From: Escherichia phage ZX4221
Sequence record: OR498728.1
Length of the DNA: 64,000 bases
Strand: one strand, 5' to 3'
Shown: piece after piece, positions 1-16,060 of the stretch
How the letters are laid out: each line of letters starts with the position of its first letter
Position numbering within the stretch: position 1 is the stretch's first letter
The notes under the pieces: model-generated
Seen by the model: only the letters and a program-made list of their open reading frames with translations
What the model was told of the DNA's origin: nothing
Databases searched by the model: none
Translations under genes and position numbers: made by a program

Positions 1-85
1 AAGGCTTTAATGCACCTCTTGTTGAGACAGGTGACTTAAGGGAGAACCTTGCTTATAAAATTTCTACTAAGAAGGGTATTAAAAA

Positions 86-487
86 ATGAGGCTCTTAAAC
101 AGACACAGCTTTGTAGTAAAGCGTAAAGTCTCTGAAGATGGTTATTATAATGATGATGGTGATTGGGTAGCTTCACAAGATATTGTAGAGGTTAACTGTA
201 AAGGTAATATCCAGCCGTATATCAAAGGTTCTGTAAAGAATGGTACACAGATTGCTTTACCGGAAGGTATTAGGCTTACCGATACAAGAATCCTGTATAC
301 CACATATAAACTTAGAACTTCAGATGATGTAGAGTGGAATGAGTCTGACATTGTTATGATTGATGGTCATGAGTATGAAGTATTTATGACTATGGATTGG
401 TCACAGCAATTAGCCCATACGTCCCATTATGAATATATCATTATTAGAAGGGATAAAATGAATGCAGTTAGAAACAGCAGAACTTGA
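86..487 (+). CDS. hypothetical virion/tail-associated protein
   Basis: ORF with AAGGG RBS; first gene of tightly packed structural operon upstream of sheath gene; no motif recognised. Confidence 0.3.
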   Translation: MRLLNRHSFVVKRKVSEDGYYNDDGDWVASQDIVEVNCKGNIQPYIKGSVKNGTQIALPEGIRLTDTRILYTTYKLRTSDDVEWNESDIVMIDGHEYEVFMTMDWSQQLAHTSHYEYIIIRRDKMNAVRNSRT

Positions 488-1061
488 AAAAGGTCTAGTT
501 AGAACCTTAGTGGATGTTATTGGTCACAGACTAGCTCGTGATAAAAATAATAGACCAAATGTAATTAGAGCTTACCCTTCTGATAACTCAAATGACAAAG
601 GTTTAAAACCTGACCAACCATTTATTACCGTATATTGTCAAGATGCTGCAACACCTTATGGTTGGGTTCTTGATAAGTTTGTTGAGGATGATGTAGTTTG
701 CTACAGAATTGCTTTTCAGATTCCAGTATTAATTACGGTGAATGGTAAAGGTGCTCACAGTATTATGCTTGAGCTTAAACAACGATTAGAGATGAGTTCA
801 GTCAGGGATTTAATTCTTGAAGAGACAGGAGCTACAGTTTTAGACACTGGAGCTATCCCAAATGACTACACTTATCTTAATACAGATTTCGAAAATTCTG
901 CACCTCTTGTTGTAACTCTTGTAAAAAATTCAGTCCTGAAAGATGAACGTGGAGGTATTATTGAACGTGTCATTGTTGATGGTGAATTAGTTTACGAAGA
1001 AGGACAAGAGCCACCAGAATATACTATCCATCTAGATGTAGACTCCAAAGGGGTAAAATAA
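462..1061 (+). CDS. hypothetical structural protein (possible tail completion/sheath stabiliser)
   Basis: ORF overlapping previous gene by 26 nt, ends ATGTGG-coupled to sheath gene; position only. Confidence 0.3.
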   Translation: MQLETAELEKGLVRTLVDVIGHRLARDKNNRPNVIRAYPSDNSNDKGLKPDQPFITVYCQDAATPYGWVLDKFVEDDVVCYRIAFQIPVLITVNGKGAHSIMLELKQRLEMSSVRDLILEETGATVLDTGAIPNDYTYLNTDFENSAPLVVTLVKNSVLKDERGGIIERVIVDGELVYEEGQEPPEYTIHLDVDSKGVK

Positions 1062-2414
1062 ATGTGGAATCCAATTGTTAATGTAGATATTACATTGAAC
1101 ACCGCAGGAACTACAAGAGAAGGTTTTGGGCTACCACTATTTTTAGCTTCAACAGATAACTTTGAAGAAAGAGTCCGTGGTTACACTTCCTTAACTGAAG
1201 TTGCTGAAGATTTCGATGAAAACTCTGCTGCATATAAGGCTGCTAAACAACTTTGGAGTCAGACTCCTAAAGTAACCCAGCTTTATATTGGTAGACGTGC
1301 TATGCAGTACACTGTATCAATTCCTGACTCTGTTACTGAAAGTACCGATTATTCTTTAACTGTAGCTGTTAGAGGTGGAGTTTCTCAACCATTCCAGTAC
1401 ACTTCACAGTCAGAAGATACTGCTGAGAAGGTGTTACAGCAGCTTAAAACACAGATTGAAGCAGAACCTTCTGTAAAAGACCTTGTTACTGTCAATGTAA
1501 CTGGTACTGGTGGTTCAGCAACAATGGTAATCACCAAAGCTGGTGACAACGACTTCGTGAAGGTTACTACTACAGCACAAACAGTGTCAATTGCAAGCAC
1601 AACTGCTGACACAGCATCGACTGCTCTGGCAGCTATTGAAGCTTATTCGACTGACTGGTATTTCATTGCAGCAGAAGACAGAACTCAACAGTTTGTCTTA
1701 GCAATGGCTTCTGAGATTCAAGCTCGTAAGAAGATTTTCTTTACAGCTAACTCTGATGTAGCAGCACTGCAAGGTACAGAATTAGCCAGTGCAAATGACG
1801 TTCCAGCACAACTTGCTAAGAATAAGTACACTCGTACAGTTTGCTTGTGGCATCACACAGCAGCAGAAGATTATCCAGAAATGGCATACATTGCTTATGG
1901 TGCTCCATATGATGCAGGTTCAATTGCTTGGGGTAACGCACAGTTAACTGGTGTAGCTGCTTCTCTACAGCCATCTAATCAAAGACCTCTGACAAGTATT
2001 CAGAAGTCAGCTTTAGATGCACGTCACTGTAACTTTATTGACCTTGATGGTGGTGTTCCAGTGGTTCGTAGAGGGATTACTTCTGGTGGGGAATGGATTG
2101 ATATCATCCGTGGTGTTGACTGGTTAGAATCAGACCTGAAAACTTCTCTGAGAGACTTGCTAATTAACCAGAAGGGTGGTAAGATTACTTATGATGATAC
2201 TGGTATTACCCGTATTCGTCAAGTCATTGAAACCTCTCTGCAAAGAGCAGTCAACAGAAACTTCCTGTCATCTTACACAGTTAATGTTCCTAAAGCCTCT
2301 CAAGTTGCTTTAGCAGACAAGAAAGCTCGTATCCTGAAAGATGTTACCTTCGCAGGTATCTTAGCAGGGGCTATCTTGGATGTTGACTTGAAAGGTACAG
2401 TGGCTTACGAATAA
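1062..2414 (+). CDS. tail sheath protein (putative)
   Basis: 450 aa, immediately upstream of 148 aa tube-sized ORF, chaperone pair and tape measure; canonical contractile-tail gene order; RBS AAGGGG. Confidence 0.55.
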   Translation: MWNPIVNVDITLNTAGTTREGFGLPLFLASTDNFEERVRGYTSLTEVAEDFDENSAAYKAAKQLWSQTPKVTQLYIGRRAMQYTVSIPDSVTESTDYSLTVAVRGGVSQPFQYTSQSEDTAEKVLQQLKTQIEAEPSVKDLVTVNVTGTGGSATMVITKAGDNDFVKVTTTAQTVSIASTTADTASTALAAIEAYSTDWYFIAAEDRTQQFVLAMASEIQARKKIFFTANSDVAALQGTELASANDVPAQLAKNKYTRTVCLWHHTAAEDYPEMAYIAYGAPYDAGSIAWGNAQLTGVAASLQPSNQRPLTSIQKSALDARHCNFIDLDGGVPVVRRGITSGGEWIDIIRGVDWLESDLKTSLRDLLINQKGGKITYDDTGITRIRQVIETSLQRAVNRNFLSSYTVNVPKASQVALADKKARILKDVTFAGILAGAILDVDLKGTVAYE

Positions 2415-2429
2415 TAGAGGTAAATTGGA

Positions 2430-2876
2430 ATGGCTATGTATCAGCAATATTCCCCTAAAGACGTTGTGTGTAGCTGGAATGGTATTGCCATTGAAGGCTT
2501 TGCCCCAGACTCATTCTTACGTCTACAGAGAACATCACCACTTGTGACACCAGTTGTAGGTGCAGGTGGTCAAGTTGCTCTGACAAGAAATGCAGACAAG
2601 ACAGGTACTATTGAGATTGAGCTAATGCAGACTTCTCTCTCTAATCAGATGCTTTCTGCAATTCAAGCTAAACAAGACAATATGGAACTTGAAGAAGATA
2701 TCTCTTCTAACTTCGTAATCTACGACCCATCAGGCTCTGTTCTGGCAACTGGTATTAATGCTTGGTTGCAGGAACTACCACAGATTGAACTTGGTCGTGA
2801 CCAGAACTCTAAAACTTGGATTTTTGGTTGTGAGAAGCTAGACTACACTTCTACAATTCCAGCGTCAAGTGTTTAA
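2430..2876 (+). CDS. tail tube protein (putative)
   Basis: 148 aa ORF between sheath-sized gene and chaperone/tape-measure genes; followed by strong terminator. Confidence 0.5.
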   Translation: MAMYQQYSPKDVVCSWNGIAIEGFAPDSFLRLQRTSPLVTPVVGAGGQVALTRNADKTGTIEIELMQTSLSNQMLSAIQAKQDNMELEEDISSNFVIYDPSGSVLATGINAWLQELPQIELGRDQNSKTWIFGCEKLDYTSTIPASSV

Positions 2877-2888
2877 TAAATCCTATAA

Positions 2889-2920
2889 GGGGGAGACTTT
2901 AAAAGGTCTTCCCCTTTTTT
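2889..2920 (+). terminator. rho-independent terminator-like hairpin
   Basis: GGGGGAGAC / GTCTTCCCC stem followed by TTTTTT. Confidence 0.6.
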
Positions 2921-2949
2921 GTTTCTTTTAAAAGTATTAAGGAATCACA

Positions 2950-3348
2950 ATGAAAACAGAAGCTAGAGTAATTAATGGTAAGAAAGTAAATATCGTTCTG
3001 CTTGGGGCAAGAGATGGTATTAAGATGTCTATGAAGTTGGGTAAAATTGTTGTTCCAACCTTTGCACAGATGCTGTCAAGCCTGACTGATAAAGATAAGA
3101 AAGAAGCTCCAATGGTTCCATTTAAAGAACTTGTTGAGGCTTGTTTTGACAGAATTGAAGAAATTAACCTTGAAGAAATGGCTACCCTGCTATTTCAAGG
3201 GGCAACTGTTGATGACTTCCCACTTAATATTGATACATACTTCCAAGCAAACTATGGCGAATTTATTGATTACTTAGCATTTGCGCTGGAGGCAAACTTC
3301 GGAAGTTTTTTCGAAGCAAGCATTTTCAAAAGCCTAACTTCTCAGTAA
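2950..3348 (+). CDS. tail assembly chaperone (putative, G-like)
   Basis: 132 aa ORF between tube and tape measure; contains slippery TTTTTTC near 3' end. Confidence 0.45.
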   Translation: MKTEARVINGKKVNIVLLGARDGIKMSMKLGKIVVPTFAQMLSSLTDKDKKEAPMVPFKELVEACFDRIEEINLEEMATLLFQGATVDDFPLNIDTYFQANYGEFIDYLAFALEANFGSFFEASIFKSLTSQ

Positions 3349-3350
3349 AC

Positions 3351-3589
3351 ATGGGTAACACTCTACAGACACCACTAACTGATGCTGCTGTAGAGGCAAC
3401 CTATGAAGAAGCAGACGAGATGAAATTTGTGCTTGCTATTTATGGTATGGAAGGGTGTAAAGAAACACTTGACCAACTCTTTGCTATGACATTCTCTGAT
3501 TTATTATCATTGAGACAATTTCTTGAAATTCAGAGGTCGTATAAAGAGGAAATTGCTTACAACGAACTTAGAAGAGCAGGAAAAATGTA

Positions 3590-3590
<1 letters not shown>
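3351..3590 (+). CDS. tail assembly chaperone frameshift extension (putative GT-like C-terminal part)
   Basis: 79 aa ORF in -1 frame relative to upstream ORF; -1 frame is open from 3270 through 3351; weak own RBS. Confidence 0.4.
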
Positions 3591-8977
<5,387 letters not shown>

Positions 8978-8978
<1 letters not shown>

Positions 8979-10447
8979 TGGCAGGATTAACTACAACAGG
9001 ATTACAAACTCTAAGATATCAGGAGATTTTTGATAATATCAAATCAAGACTTCTTAGAGATATTTCACCCAACCTTGACGTTTCTGAAGATAGCCAATTA
9101 GGACTCTTCCTAGCTTCAATTGCAAGGTCTTTAGCAGATACTCATGAGATTCTATCAGAAATCTACGATGGGGGTACAATTGATAAGGCTGAAGGCTTTA
9201 ACCTTGATGATATTACAGCTTTAAATGCGGTATACAGATATGTTGCTCAGGCAACAAGAGGTCAAGTTGAGTTTACTGGAACGACTGGTGCTACCATTCC
9301 TTCAACAACAAGATTAAGAAGTACTGCCGGAAACATCTTTTATCCAGTTAATAATATTACCCTTACTCCATCATATTGTGTTGAAGCTATCCTTGAAGTT
9401 AACTCTTTACGAACTGATGCAGATTATGTTATTATTATTGATAACGTCATTTTCTCATATAAACCAACCTCATCAGACACAATCACCACGCTTCTAACAA
9501 AATTAGCAGAAGCTATTAATGGTGGTATTGTAGCAAAAGCAGAAGTCATTAATGATGGAGCCTCACTAAGAGTCTATAAAGAAGAGGGTGATATCATTGC
9601 AAGAACAAACCCTATGGTTGTCACTGCAACAACATTTCTGACCTTTACAAAAATTACAACTATTTCAGATGTAGTAGCTGAAGAGGTTGGTGCTACCCCT
9701 GCTTTGGCTGGTACGCTTATTGAGATTGAGACAACTGTTGATGGTCTTGACAGTATTTATAACAGGTATGACTTAACAACTGGTAGAAACGAAGAAACTG
9801 ACACAGAACTTAGACAGAGATATTTAGAATCTTTAGCAGTTACTGGTGTAGGGACTTTGGATGCAATTGTAGCTGCTGTTAAAAGAGTTCAAGGTGTCTC
9901 AGATGCTTCAGGTGTTGAGAATGATACTGAAGAGACAAGCTCAGAAGGTCTTCCACCAAAATCTTTTAAGATTGTTGTAGTTGGTGGTCAAAATGATAAT
10001 GTTGCTCAAGCAATCTGGGATACAAAACCTGCTGGTATTAGGGCTTATGGCTCAATTTTTGGTACAGCCCATGATTTAGGTGGTTTGGCACATAATATTT
10101 ATTTTAGCAGACCAACACCAAAATACGCATTTGTTAAAGTCTCTTACTCTTTATATGATGAAGAAAGCTTGACAATCCCTGAAGAGGATATCAGAGACAG
10201 CATTGTACAAGGTATTAATGCTTATGGGAGAACTCTTAAGGTTGGTAATGATGTTATCCCTAACAGAATCTATGGATATATCTATGACGTAATTAAAGGT
10301 ATTGAGATTAATGAGGTTAAAGTAGCCTTATCAAACAGTCAATCAGTCCCACCTAGTGACGGGCAGTATACTACAGCAAGAATTACTGTTGACGGTGACC
10401 AATATACTGTTTGGGAAAGCAGCCAGTATACCATCACTAAGGAGTAA
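8978..10447 (+). CDS. baseplate J-like protein (putative)
   Basis: 489 aa following gp25-sized ORF; synteny. Confidence 0.45.
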
Positions 10448-10449
10448 TA

Positions 10450-11304
10450 ATGTTTGAAAAGATTGATAGTGTTTATTACAAAACACTTGATGAAAGGACT
10501 GTAACACAGTTTAAAGATAAATTTATCTATACAAGTATCTTGAAAGCAATCACTGATGAATTACAAACTCTAGAGGATGTTTGCTGGCAGATGCACACAG
10601 AGAGAAATATCAGGACGTCAGTAGGCCAACAACTTGATAACATTGGCTCACTGATTAAAGTTCCTAGACCTTTAGGTGCAGATGATGAAACATATAGGGC
10701 TATGCTTTATATCCAAATCTTCCTAAGACGCTCTGACACCACCCCAACATTCTTGCAAAAAGCAATTATGACGCTATATGGTGCAACTTTCTCTCAGATT
10801 TTTGAGCATATTACTCCTAAGACTGGTGGTATCGTTATCCGTATCAACACTAGAAAAAGCGTTCTAGATGCTGCATATACATTGTCAAAGATTTCTGCAA
10901 CAACTACTGGCTCCGCTGTCATCTTAAGAGATGTTACTTTAAATGGAACTGCTTGGACTCCTGTAGAGGTTGCTGATTCATCACTTGCTATTGTTGATGA
11001 TAAAGAGAACTGGTTTGTAACTGATGCTAACAGAGGTCTTGTCACAAATAACACTGGTGGCTCTCTGGAATCCAACTTAGTAGGTAGTCTTGCAGATGCT
11101 GGTGTTATTGATGGTTACTTTAGGGTTGACAGAACAGCAAACTCACAGAGTGATGATTATATGACTGTAGATAGGTCCAATAATAGTGGCTATTTCATCG
11201 TTGGTAAAGAAGCTATCGCAGGTGGTGCATATGGAATCATGGCTGAGGTTGCACAAATTGTCAAAGGCAGAAAAGATAAATCACAACAAGAAGGAAATTC
11301 TTAA
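10450..11304 (+). CDS. baseplate/tail fibre attachment protein (hypothetical)
   Basis: 284 aa between J-like and fibre genes. Confidence 0.35.
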   Translation: MFEKIDSVYYKTLDERTVTQFKDKFIYTSILKAITDELQTLEDVCWQMHTERNIRTSVGQQLDNIGSLIKVPRPLGADDETYRAMLYIQIFLRRSDTTPTFLQKAIMTLYGATFSQIFEHITPKTGGIVIRINTRKSVLDAAYTLSKISATTTGSAVILRDVTLNGTAWTPVEVADSSLAIVDDKENWFVTDANRGLVTNNTGGSLESNLVGSLADAGVIDGYFRVDRTANSQSDDYMTVDRSNNSGYFIVGKEAIAGGAYGIMAEVAQIVKGRKDKSQQEGNS

Positions 11305-11606
11305 TGGCAGTTTTAAATTGGTCTACAAATGAAGTAGATACTGATGGTAACCAGTTAAAAGTTTTACCACCACCGGAAGTTCAAGAGACAGGTCTTTTAA
11401 AGGGTGAACCTATGGGTAGGCAGTGGTTCAACTATATTATCAACTACCTGCTTAATAAAGTAAACGGCACTGTTGGTGAAGTTCGCTCATATGCAACTGA
11501 GCAACCAGATTTAGTGGCTAATGGCTGGAATCTGATTAAATCTGAGACAGGGACTGCATCAACAAGTACAGGAAACCTTTACACATATGAATATGTAGGA
11601 GCTTAA
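11304..11606 (+). CDS. hypothetical tail protein
   Basis: 100 aa coupled ORF. Confidence 0.3.
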   Translation: MAVLNWSTNEVDTDGNQLKVLPPPEVQETGLLKGEPMGRQWFNYIINYLLNKVNGTVGEVRSYATEQPDLVANGWNLIKSETGTASTSTGNLYTYEYVGA

Positions 11607-11608
11607 TA

Positions 11609-12784
11609 ATGGCAGTAGGTGAAATTCAAATTAGTGCCTTGCCACAAGCGGCCTTACCAGTTGATTTAAGTGATATCTTCCACCTTAAGCAAGGTGTTGA
11701 GGATAAAAGATGTACGCTTGAACAGTTGTTAGCACCTCACGCATCTCTGAGGAATAATCCTCATGGTGTAACTAAATCACAAGTGGGTCTTGATAATGTT
11801 ATTAACTCTCTCCAATTAGTTGCAGCCAATAACTTGTCAGACATTGTGAATGTTGCTGAGGCAAGAGCAAATCTACAAATTATGTCGTCAGAAGAAGTGA
11901 ATAACTCAATTCAGCAACATATTGACGACAAAAGTAACCCACACAATACAACGAAAGCACAGGTAGGTTTAAGTAATGTTCAGAACTGGACAACATCTAA
12001 TCTGTACAATGAAGATGCTGATAAGTACGCTACCGCGAGAGCAGTGAATAATTTATACAAAGCTATTCAAGCATCATATCCAGTAGGGACTATTCACCTA
12101 TCTGTTAACTCTGCCAACCCATCCACTTACTTGCTTTGTGGAGGTACTTGGGAGTTAGTTTCTAAAGGTAGAGCACTGGTTGGTTATGATACAGATTCTA
12201 GACCTGTTGGTTCAACTTTTGGTTCTCAGACTGTAGTATTGACAAATAACAATTTACCAGCACATACTCACTCTATCTATCTAACAGGGGGTGGTCATAC
12301 ACACTCTGCAAGTGTATCTATCTCTAGTTTTGATTATGGTTCAAAGAGTACATCAACTTTTGACTACGGTACGAAGGCAACTAACAGTGCTGGTGCTCAC
12401 ACCCACACATTTAGTGGAACGACAAGTAATGCTGGTAACCACAACCATAGAGTACCTCTGAGGGGTAATGATAGAAGTGGGTCAAATGCTATTACCGCAT
12501 CTGCTGATGCTGGGGTTGGTAATGCTTCATATACTGACTTAGCTGGTGCTCACACCCATAGCTTCTCAGGTACAACTGCATCATCTGGTGCTCATAGTCA
12601 TACTGTTGCAATTGGTGCTCACAGCCACACTGTCAATATTGGTTCACACAGTCATACGGGCACTGTTACTGTTTCTAGCTCTGAGCATACACACTCAGGG
12701 ACATCTGGTTCTGTTGGTGGTGGTCAAGCTTTCAGTGTTGAGCAGCCATCTTTTGTAGTATATGTGTGGCAGAGAACAGCTTAA
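11609..12784 (+). CDS. tail fibre protein with His-x-His repeat tip
   Basis: N-terminal repeats NPHGVTKSQVGLDNV / NPHNTTKAQVGLSNV; C-terminal GAHTHTFSG, GAHSHTV repeats; C-terminus shared with next gene. Confidence 0.65.
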   Translation: MAVGEIQISALPQAALPVDLSDIFHLKQGVEDKRCTLEQLLAPHASLRNNPHGVTKSQVGLDNVINSLQLVAANNLSDIVNVAEARANLQIMSSEEVNNSIQQHIDDKSNPHNTTKAQVGLSNVQNWTTSNLYNEDADKYATARAVNNLYKAIQASYPVGTIHLSVNSANPSTYLLCGGTWELVSKGRALVGYDTDSRPVGSTFGSQTVVLTNNNLPAHTHSIYLTGGGHTHSASVSISSFDYGSKSTSTFDYGTKATNSAGAHTHTFSGTTSNAGNHNHRVPLRGNDRSGSNAITASADAGVGNASYTDLAGAHTHSFSGTTASSGAHSHTVAIGAHSHTVNIGSHSHTGTVTVSSSEHTHSGTSGSVGGGQAFSVEQPSFVVYVWQRTA

Positions 12785-12792
12785 TTTCTTTA

Positions 12793-12814
12793 CAGGGGCT
12801 TTGTAGCCCCTTTT
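12793..12814 (+). terminator. terminator-like hairpin
   Basis: GGGGCT-TTGT-AGCCCC then TTTT. Confidence 0.5.
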
Positions 12815-12830
12815 AAGAGGAAAATTTATA

Positions 12831-15380
12831 ATGGCAGATTACAAATTGAGTCAATTAAACTCAATCGACACAATTCGTTCAGAAGACCTATTGCACATCA
12901 GAGTTAAGAAAAGACCTGAAATGTTGGGTGACGAAGACCGTAGAATGACCTATCAAGACTTCTTAGCTTCCTTCAAACTAGAAAGGTTTGTTCAGATTGC
13001 TGGGAGTACTATGGTTGGGGATTTAGGTATTGTCAAGTTACTTTACGGTGGTAAGGCAGTATTTGACCCAACAGGCTCTTCTGAGATTACTATTGGGGAT
13101 ATTTTAAAGACTTTTAAAATTAACTCAAATGGGCTTAAACTCACTATTGCAGATGCCACAAGGTCGGCAACTGTTTATCATACTTTGAATAAACCAAGCC
13201 CTAATGAACTTGGTATGAGAACTAATGAAGAGAATGATGCAAGATATGCAAGGCTTGCTGTTACAAACACATTCTCTGGGACTCAGAACATTCAAGGTGA
13301 TGCTAACTTACTTCGCCTTAGAAACCGAAATGCAAACAATGCACAATACATTGAAGGTGTAAACCCAGATGGTTCAGCTAGATGGTGGGTTGGTATTGGT
13401 AGCAATGGTTCTGACGAAGTAAAACTGTACAATAACAAATACAACTCAGTCTTGACTGTTGCAAGTAATATCTCTGTTAATAAGTCTTTAGCAATCACTG
13501 GACAAGTCCAACCTTCAGATTTCTCTAACTTAGATGCTAGATACTTTACTCAGACAGTTGCTAATCAGAGATTTGCACAGTTAGCTGGCAATAATACTTT
13601 TACAGGTGCTAACACATTTAGGACTATGAGTGTTATTTCAAATGCTGCTGCTATCACACTGCAATGTGCATCAGCAAACGAATCACTGTATCTACTTGCA
13701 AAAGATTATGAAGGTGGAAACTTATGGTATCTTGGTAAAGGTAGTTCAGGTGCTGGTGTAACTATCTACAACTATACCACTAACACCTCTTTGGTCTTAG
13801 ATGCTGCTGGAGTATCAGCAAATAAAAATGTCAGAATCACTGGACAAGTTCAACCTTCAGATTGGGCTAACATTGACTCTAGATATATTCCGGCAGCAAC
13901 ATTAAGTACAATTGCAAGAACTAATGCAAGGAATACTTTTAATGGTGTACAGACAGTTGTTACGGATAATGAAGGTCTGATTGTTAAAAACTCTACTCAG
14001 AATAGACCATTATATATTCGTGGTGTGGACACTGCTAATGTATCAAGATGGTGGATTGGTGTTGGTGGTGCTGATACGAATGATGTTACCCTAAATAACA
14101 GTTATTCTGGAACCCAATTGGTTCTCGGGAATACAACATCATACATTAACAAAACATTGACTATTGCTGGACAAGTTCAACCTTCAGATTTTTCTAACTT
14201 AGATGCTAGATACTTTACGCAAAGTGCTAGTGATAGCAGATACCTAAGAATCAGAAGCACTAGCTTCAATGTGGGAAACACTGAGAAGTGGGCTAAAATT
14301 GCCACTGTTGTGATGCCACAATCAGCATCAACTGCTGTTATTGAGGTATTTGGTGGGTCAGGTTTTAATATTAATACACCACAACAAGCAGGTAAATGTG
14401 AAATTGTTCTGCGAACTTCAAATAACAATCCAAAGGGCTTAAATGTTGTTGCTTGGAGAACATCAGATAACACCATCGTCAGGGATATTGGTTATGTGAA
14501 TACTTCTGGAGACACCTATGATATTTACTATCTTGCTGGTACGTATCAAAACAGCACAACGACAAGGGTTCAGTCTTCTAGGAATGCAAGTGTACAGTTG
14601 TTTGAAGTCCCACAGACATTTGATGATGCTCCACAAGGTATTGTGAAGGGTACAATTGCAAAATACTACACAAGTTTGCAAAAACCAACCCCTTCAGATA
14701 TTGGTGCATACACTAAAGCAGAGACTGACCAGAAGATTGCAGATGCAATTAGTGACTCTACAGACCTGAATAAAATCTATCCAGTAGGTATTGTGACGTG
14801 GTTTAACAGCAATGTTAACCCTAATACAGCACTTCCTGGGTTAACTTGGACGTACCTGAACAATGGTGTTGGTAGAACTATTAGGATTGCAGCAGCAAAT
14901 GGTTCAGATGTTGCTACAACTGGTGGTTCAGATTCTGTAACGTTATCTGTTGGTAACTTACCTTCACACACGCATAGTTTCTATGCTACCACTTCATCAT
15001 TTGATTATGGTACTAAGACGACAAATACGACTGGCAACCATGCTCATGATAGAGGTAACATGGAAATTTCTGGTGTGTTTGGTTGGTTCAGAAGTGATAA
15101 CGGTGCATTCTACACTGCTAGTGGTGCATTTGTGATGGGTGGTAGTCAGGCTTCGCATGGCTTCACAGGCTCTAACTTCACTTATGGTGCGCCTGTTGAT
15201 TTCCACGCGTCAAGAACTTGGACAGGTGTAACCAACACGACTGGTAACCACGCCCACAGTGTAGGTATTGGCGCTCACAGCCACACAGTTAGTGGTAACA
15301 CAGGTGGTACTGGTTCTGGTTCAGCATTTAGTGTTACTAACCAGTTCTATAAGCTAATGGCTTGGGTAAGAACTGCTTAA
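12831..15380 (+). CDS. long tail fibre protein
   Basis: 849 aa; three internal repeats of ITGQVQPSDFSNLDARYFTQ; C-terminal HxH motifs and terminal AFSV...W.RTA shared with 11609..12784. Confidence 0.7.
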   Translation: MADYKLSQLNSIDTIRSEDLLHIRVKKRPEMLGDEDRRMTYQDFLASFKLERFVQIAGSTMVGDLGIVKLLYGGKAVFDPTGSSEITIGDILKTFKINSNGLKLTIADATRSATVYHTLNKPSPNELGMRTNEENDARYARLAVTNTFSGTQNIQGDANLLRLRNRNANNAQYIEGVNPDGSARWWVGIGSNGSDEVKLYNNKYNSVLTVASNISVNKSLAITGQVQPSDFSNLDARYFTQTVANQRFAQLAGNNTFTGANTFRTMSVISNAAAITLQCASANESLYLLAKDYEGGNLWYLGKGSSGAGVTIYNYTTNTSLVLDAAGVSANKNVRITGQVQPSDWANIDSRYIPAATLSTIARTNARNTFNGVQTVVTDNEGLIVKNSTQNRPLYIRGVDTANVSRWWIGVGGADTNDVTLNNSYSGTQLVLGNTTSYINKTLTIAGQVQPSDFSNLDARYFTQSASDSRYLRIRSTSFNVGNTEKWAKIATVVMPQSASTAVIEVFGGSGFNINTPQQAGKCEIVLRTSNNNPKGLNVVAWRTSDNTIVRDIGYVNTSGDTYDIYYLAGTYQNSTTTRVQSSRNASVQLFEVPQTFDDAPQGIVKGTIAKYYTSLQKPTPSDIGAYTKAETDQKIADAISDSTDLNKIYPVGIVTWFNSNVNPNTALPGLTWTYLNNGVGRTIRIAAANGSDVATTGGSDSVTLSVGNLPSHTHSFYATTSSFDYGTKTTNTTGNHAHDRGNMEISGVFGWFRSDNGAFYTASGAFVMGGSQASHGFTGSNFTYGAPVDFHASRTWTGVTNTTGNHAHSVGIGAHSHTVSGNTGGTGSGSAFSVTNQFYKLMAWVRTA

Positions 15381-15387
15381 TCCCTTG

Positions 15388-15416
15388 TTGACTGATTGTT
15401 AAGATGGTGTTAATAT
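15388..15416 (+). promoter_or_regulatory. sigma70-like promoter candidate (TTGACT-17-TAATAT)
   Basis: TTGACT at 15388-15393, 17 nt spacer, TAATAT at 15411-15416; overlaps 9 bp inverted repeat AAGATGGTG/CACCATCTT. Confidence 0.45.
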
Positions 15417-15459
15417 TCTTTATGGGTATTCTCACCATCTTGGCTGATGAGGTGATTAA

Positions 15460-15657
15460 ATGCCTACAATCCTAGCAATTCTTCTAAAAAATCTAGGTAG
15501 CTTCTTCTGGAAACTCATTTTATCCCTTCTAAGTGAATACATGATTGAGAAAGTGTTCTTTAAGCTTGCAAGATATCTTGCGAGTAAAACAGACACACCT
15601 ATTGATGATGAGTTCGTAGATAACTTAGAAAAAGCTTTTAAGGGGGAGAATAAATGA
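15460..15657 (+). CDS. small hydrophobic protein (hypothetical)
   Basis: 65 aa, hydrophobic N-terminus, RBS GAGGTG. Confidence 0.3.
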   Translation: MPTILAILLKNLGSFFWKLILSLLSEYMIEKVFFKLARYLASKTDTPIDDEFVDNLEKAFKGENK

Positions 15658-16025
15658 AGTGGCTAGAGGAAGCTTTTAAAAATAATATTGGTGCAATTGT
15701 AGTTGGTATTTTTAGTGTTATTGGGATGTATACCACCATGCAAGTCTCGGATGGTAAGCAAGAAGTGTCTGTCACAACAAAGTTACAGCAGCTAGATAAT
15801 TATAGCAAATCTAATTACTCAGCTATTCGTGATTTACAGTCTGACATGAGACTGATTCAGCTAGGGATGGAGAACCAGAAAGTTCAGTTAGAGAATGTTA
15901 AGGGTGAGAATGCAAAACTTACTAAGACTCTTGATAAATTCTCTGACAGTGTGAACAATCTGGCTCAATCAGTATCAGCCTTGCAAGCTATTACTGAAAA
16001 GAACACAAAGAATACTGAAAAATAA
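15654..16025 (+). CDS. membrane-anchored coiled-coil protein (hypothetical)
   Basis: 123 aa, single hydrophobic segment IGAIVVGIFSVIGMY then heptad-like region; ATGA overlap with previous ORF. Confidence 0.3.
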   Translation: MKWLEEAFKNNIGAIVVGIFSVIGMYTTMQVSDGKQEVSVTTKLQQLDNYSKSNYSAIRDLQSDMRLIQLGMENQKVQLENVKGENAKLTKTLDKFSDSVNNLAQSVSALQAITEKNTKNTEK

Positions 16026-16030
16026 AATTT

Positions 16031-16060
16031 AAGGCTCCTTTTTACGGGAGCCTTTTTGTT
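16031..16060. terminator. bidirectional terminator hairpin between convergent genes
   Basis: GGCTCC-TTTTTAC-GGGAGCC flanked by T-runs on both strands. Confidence 0.6.
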
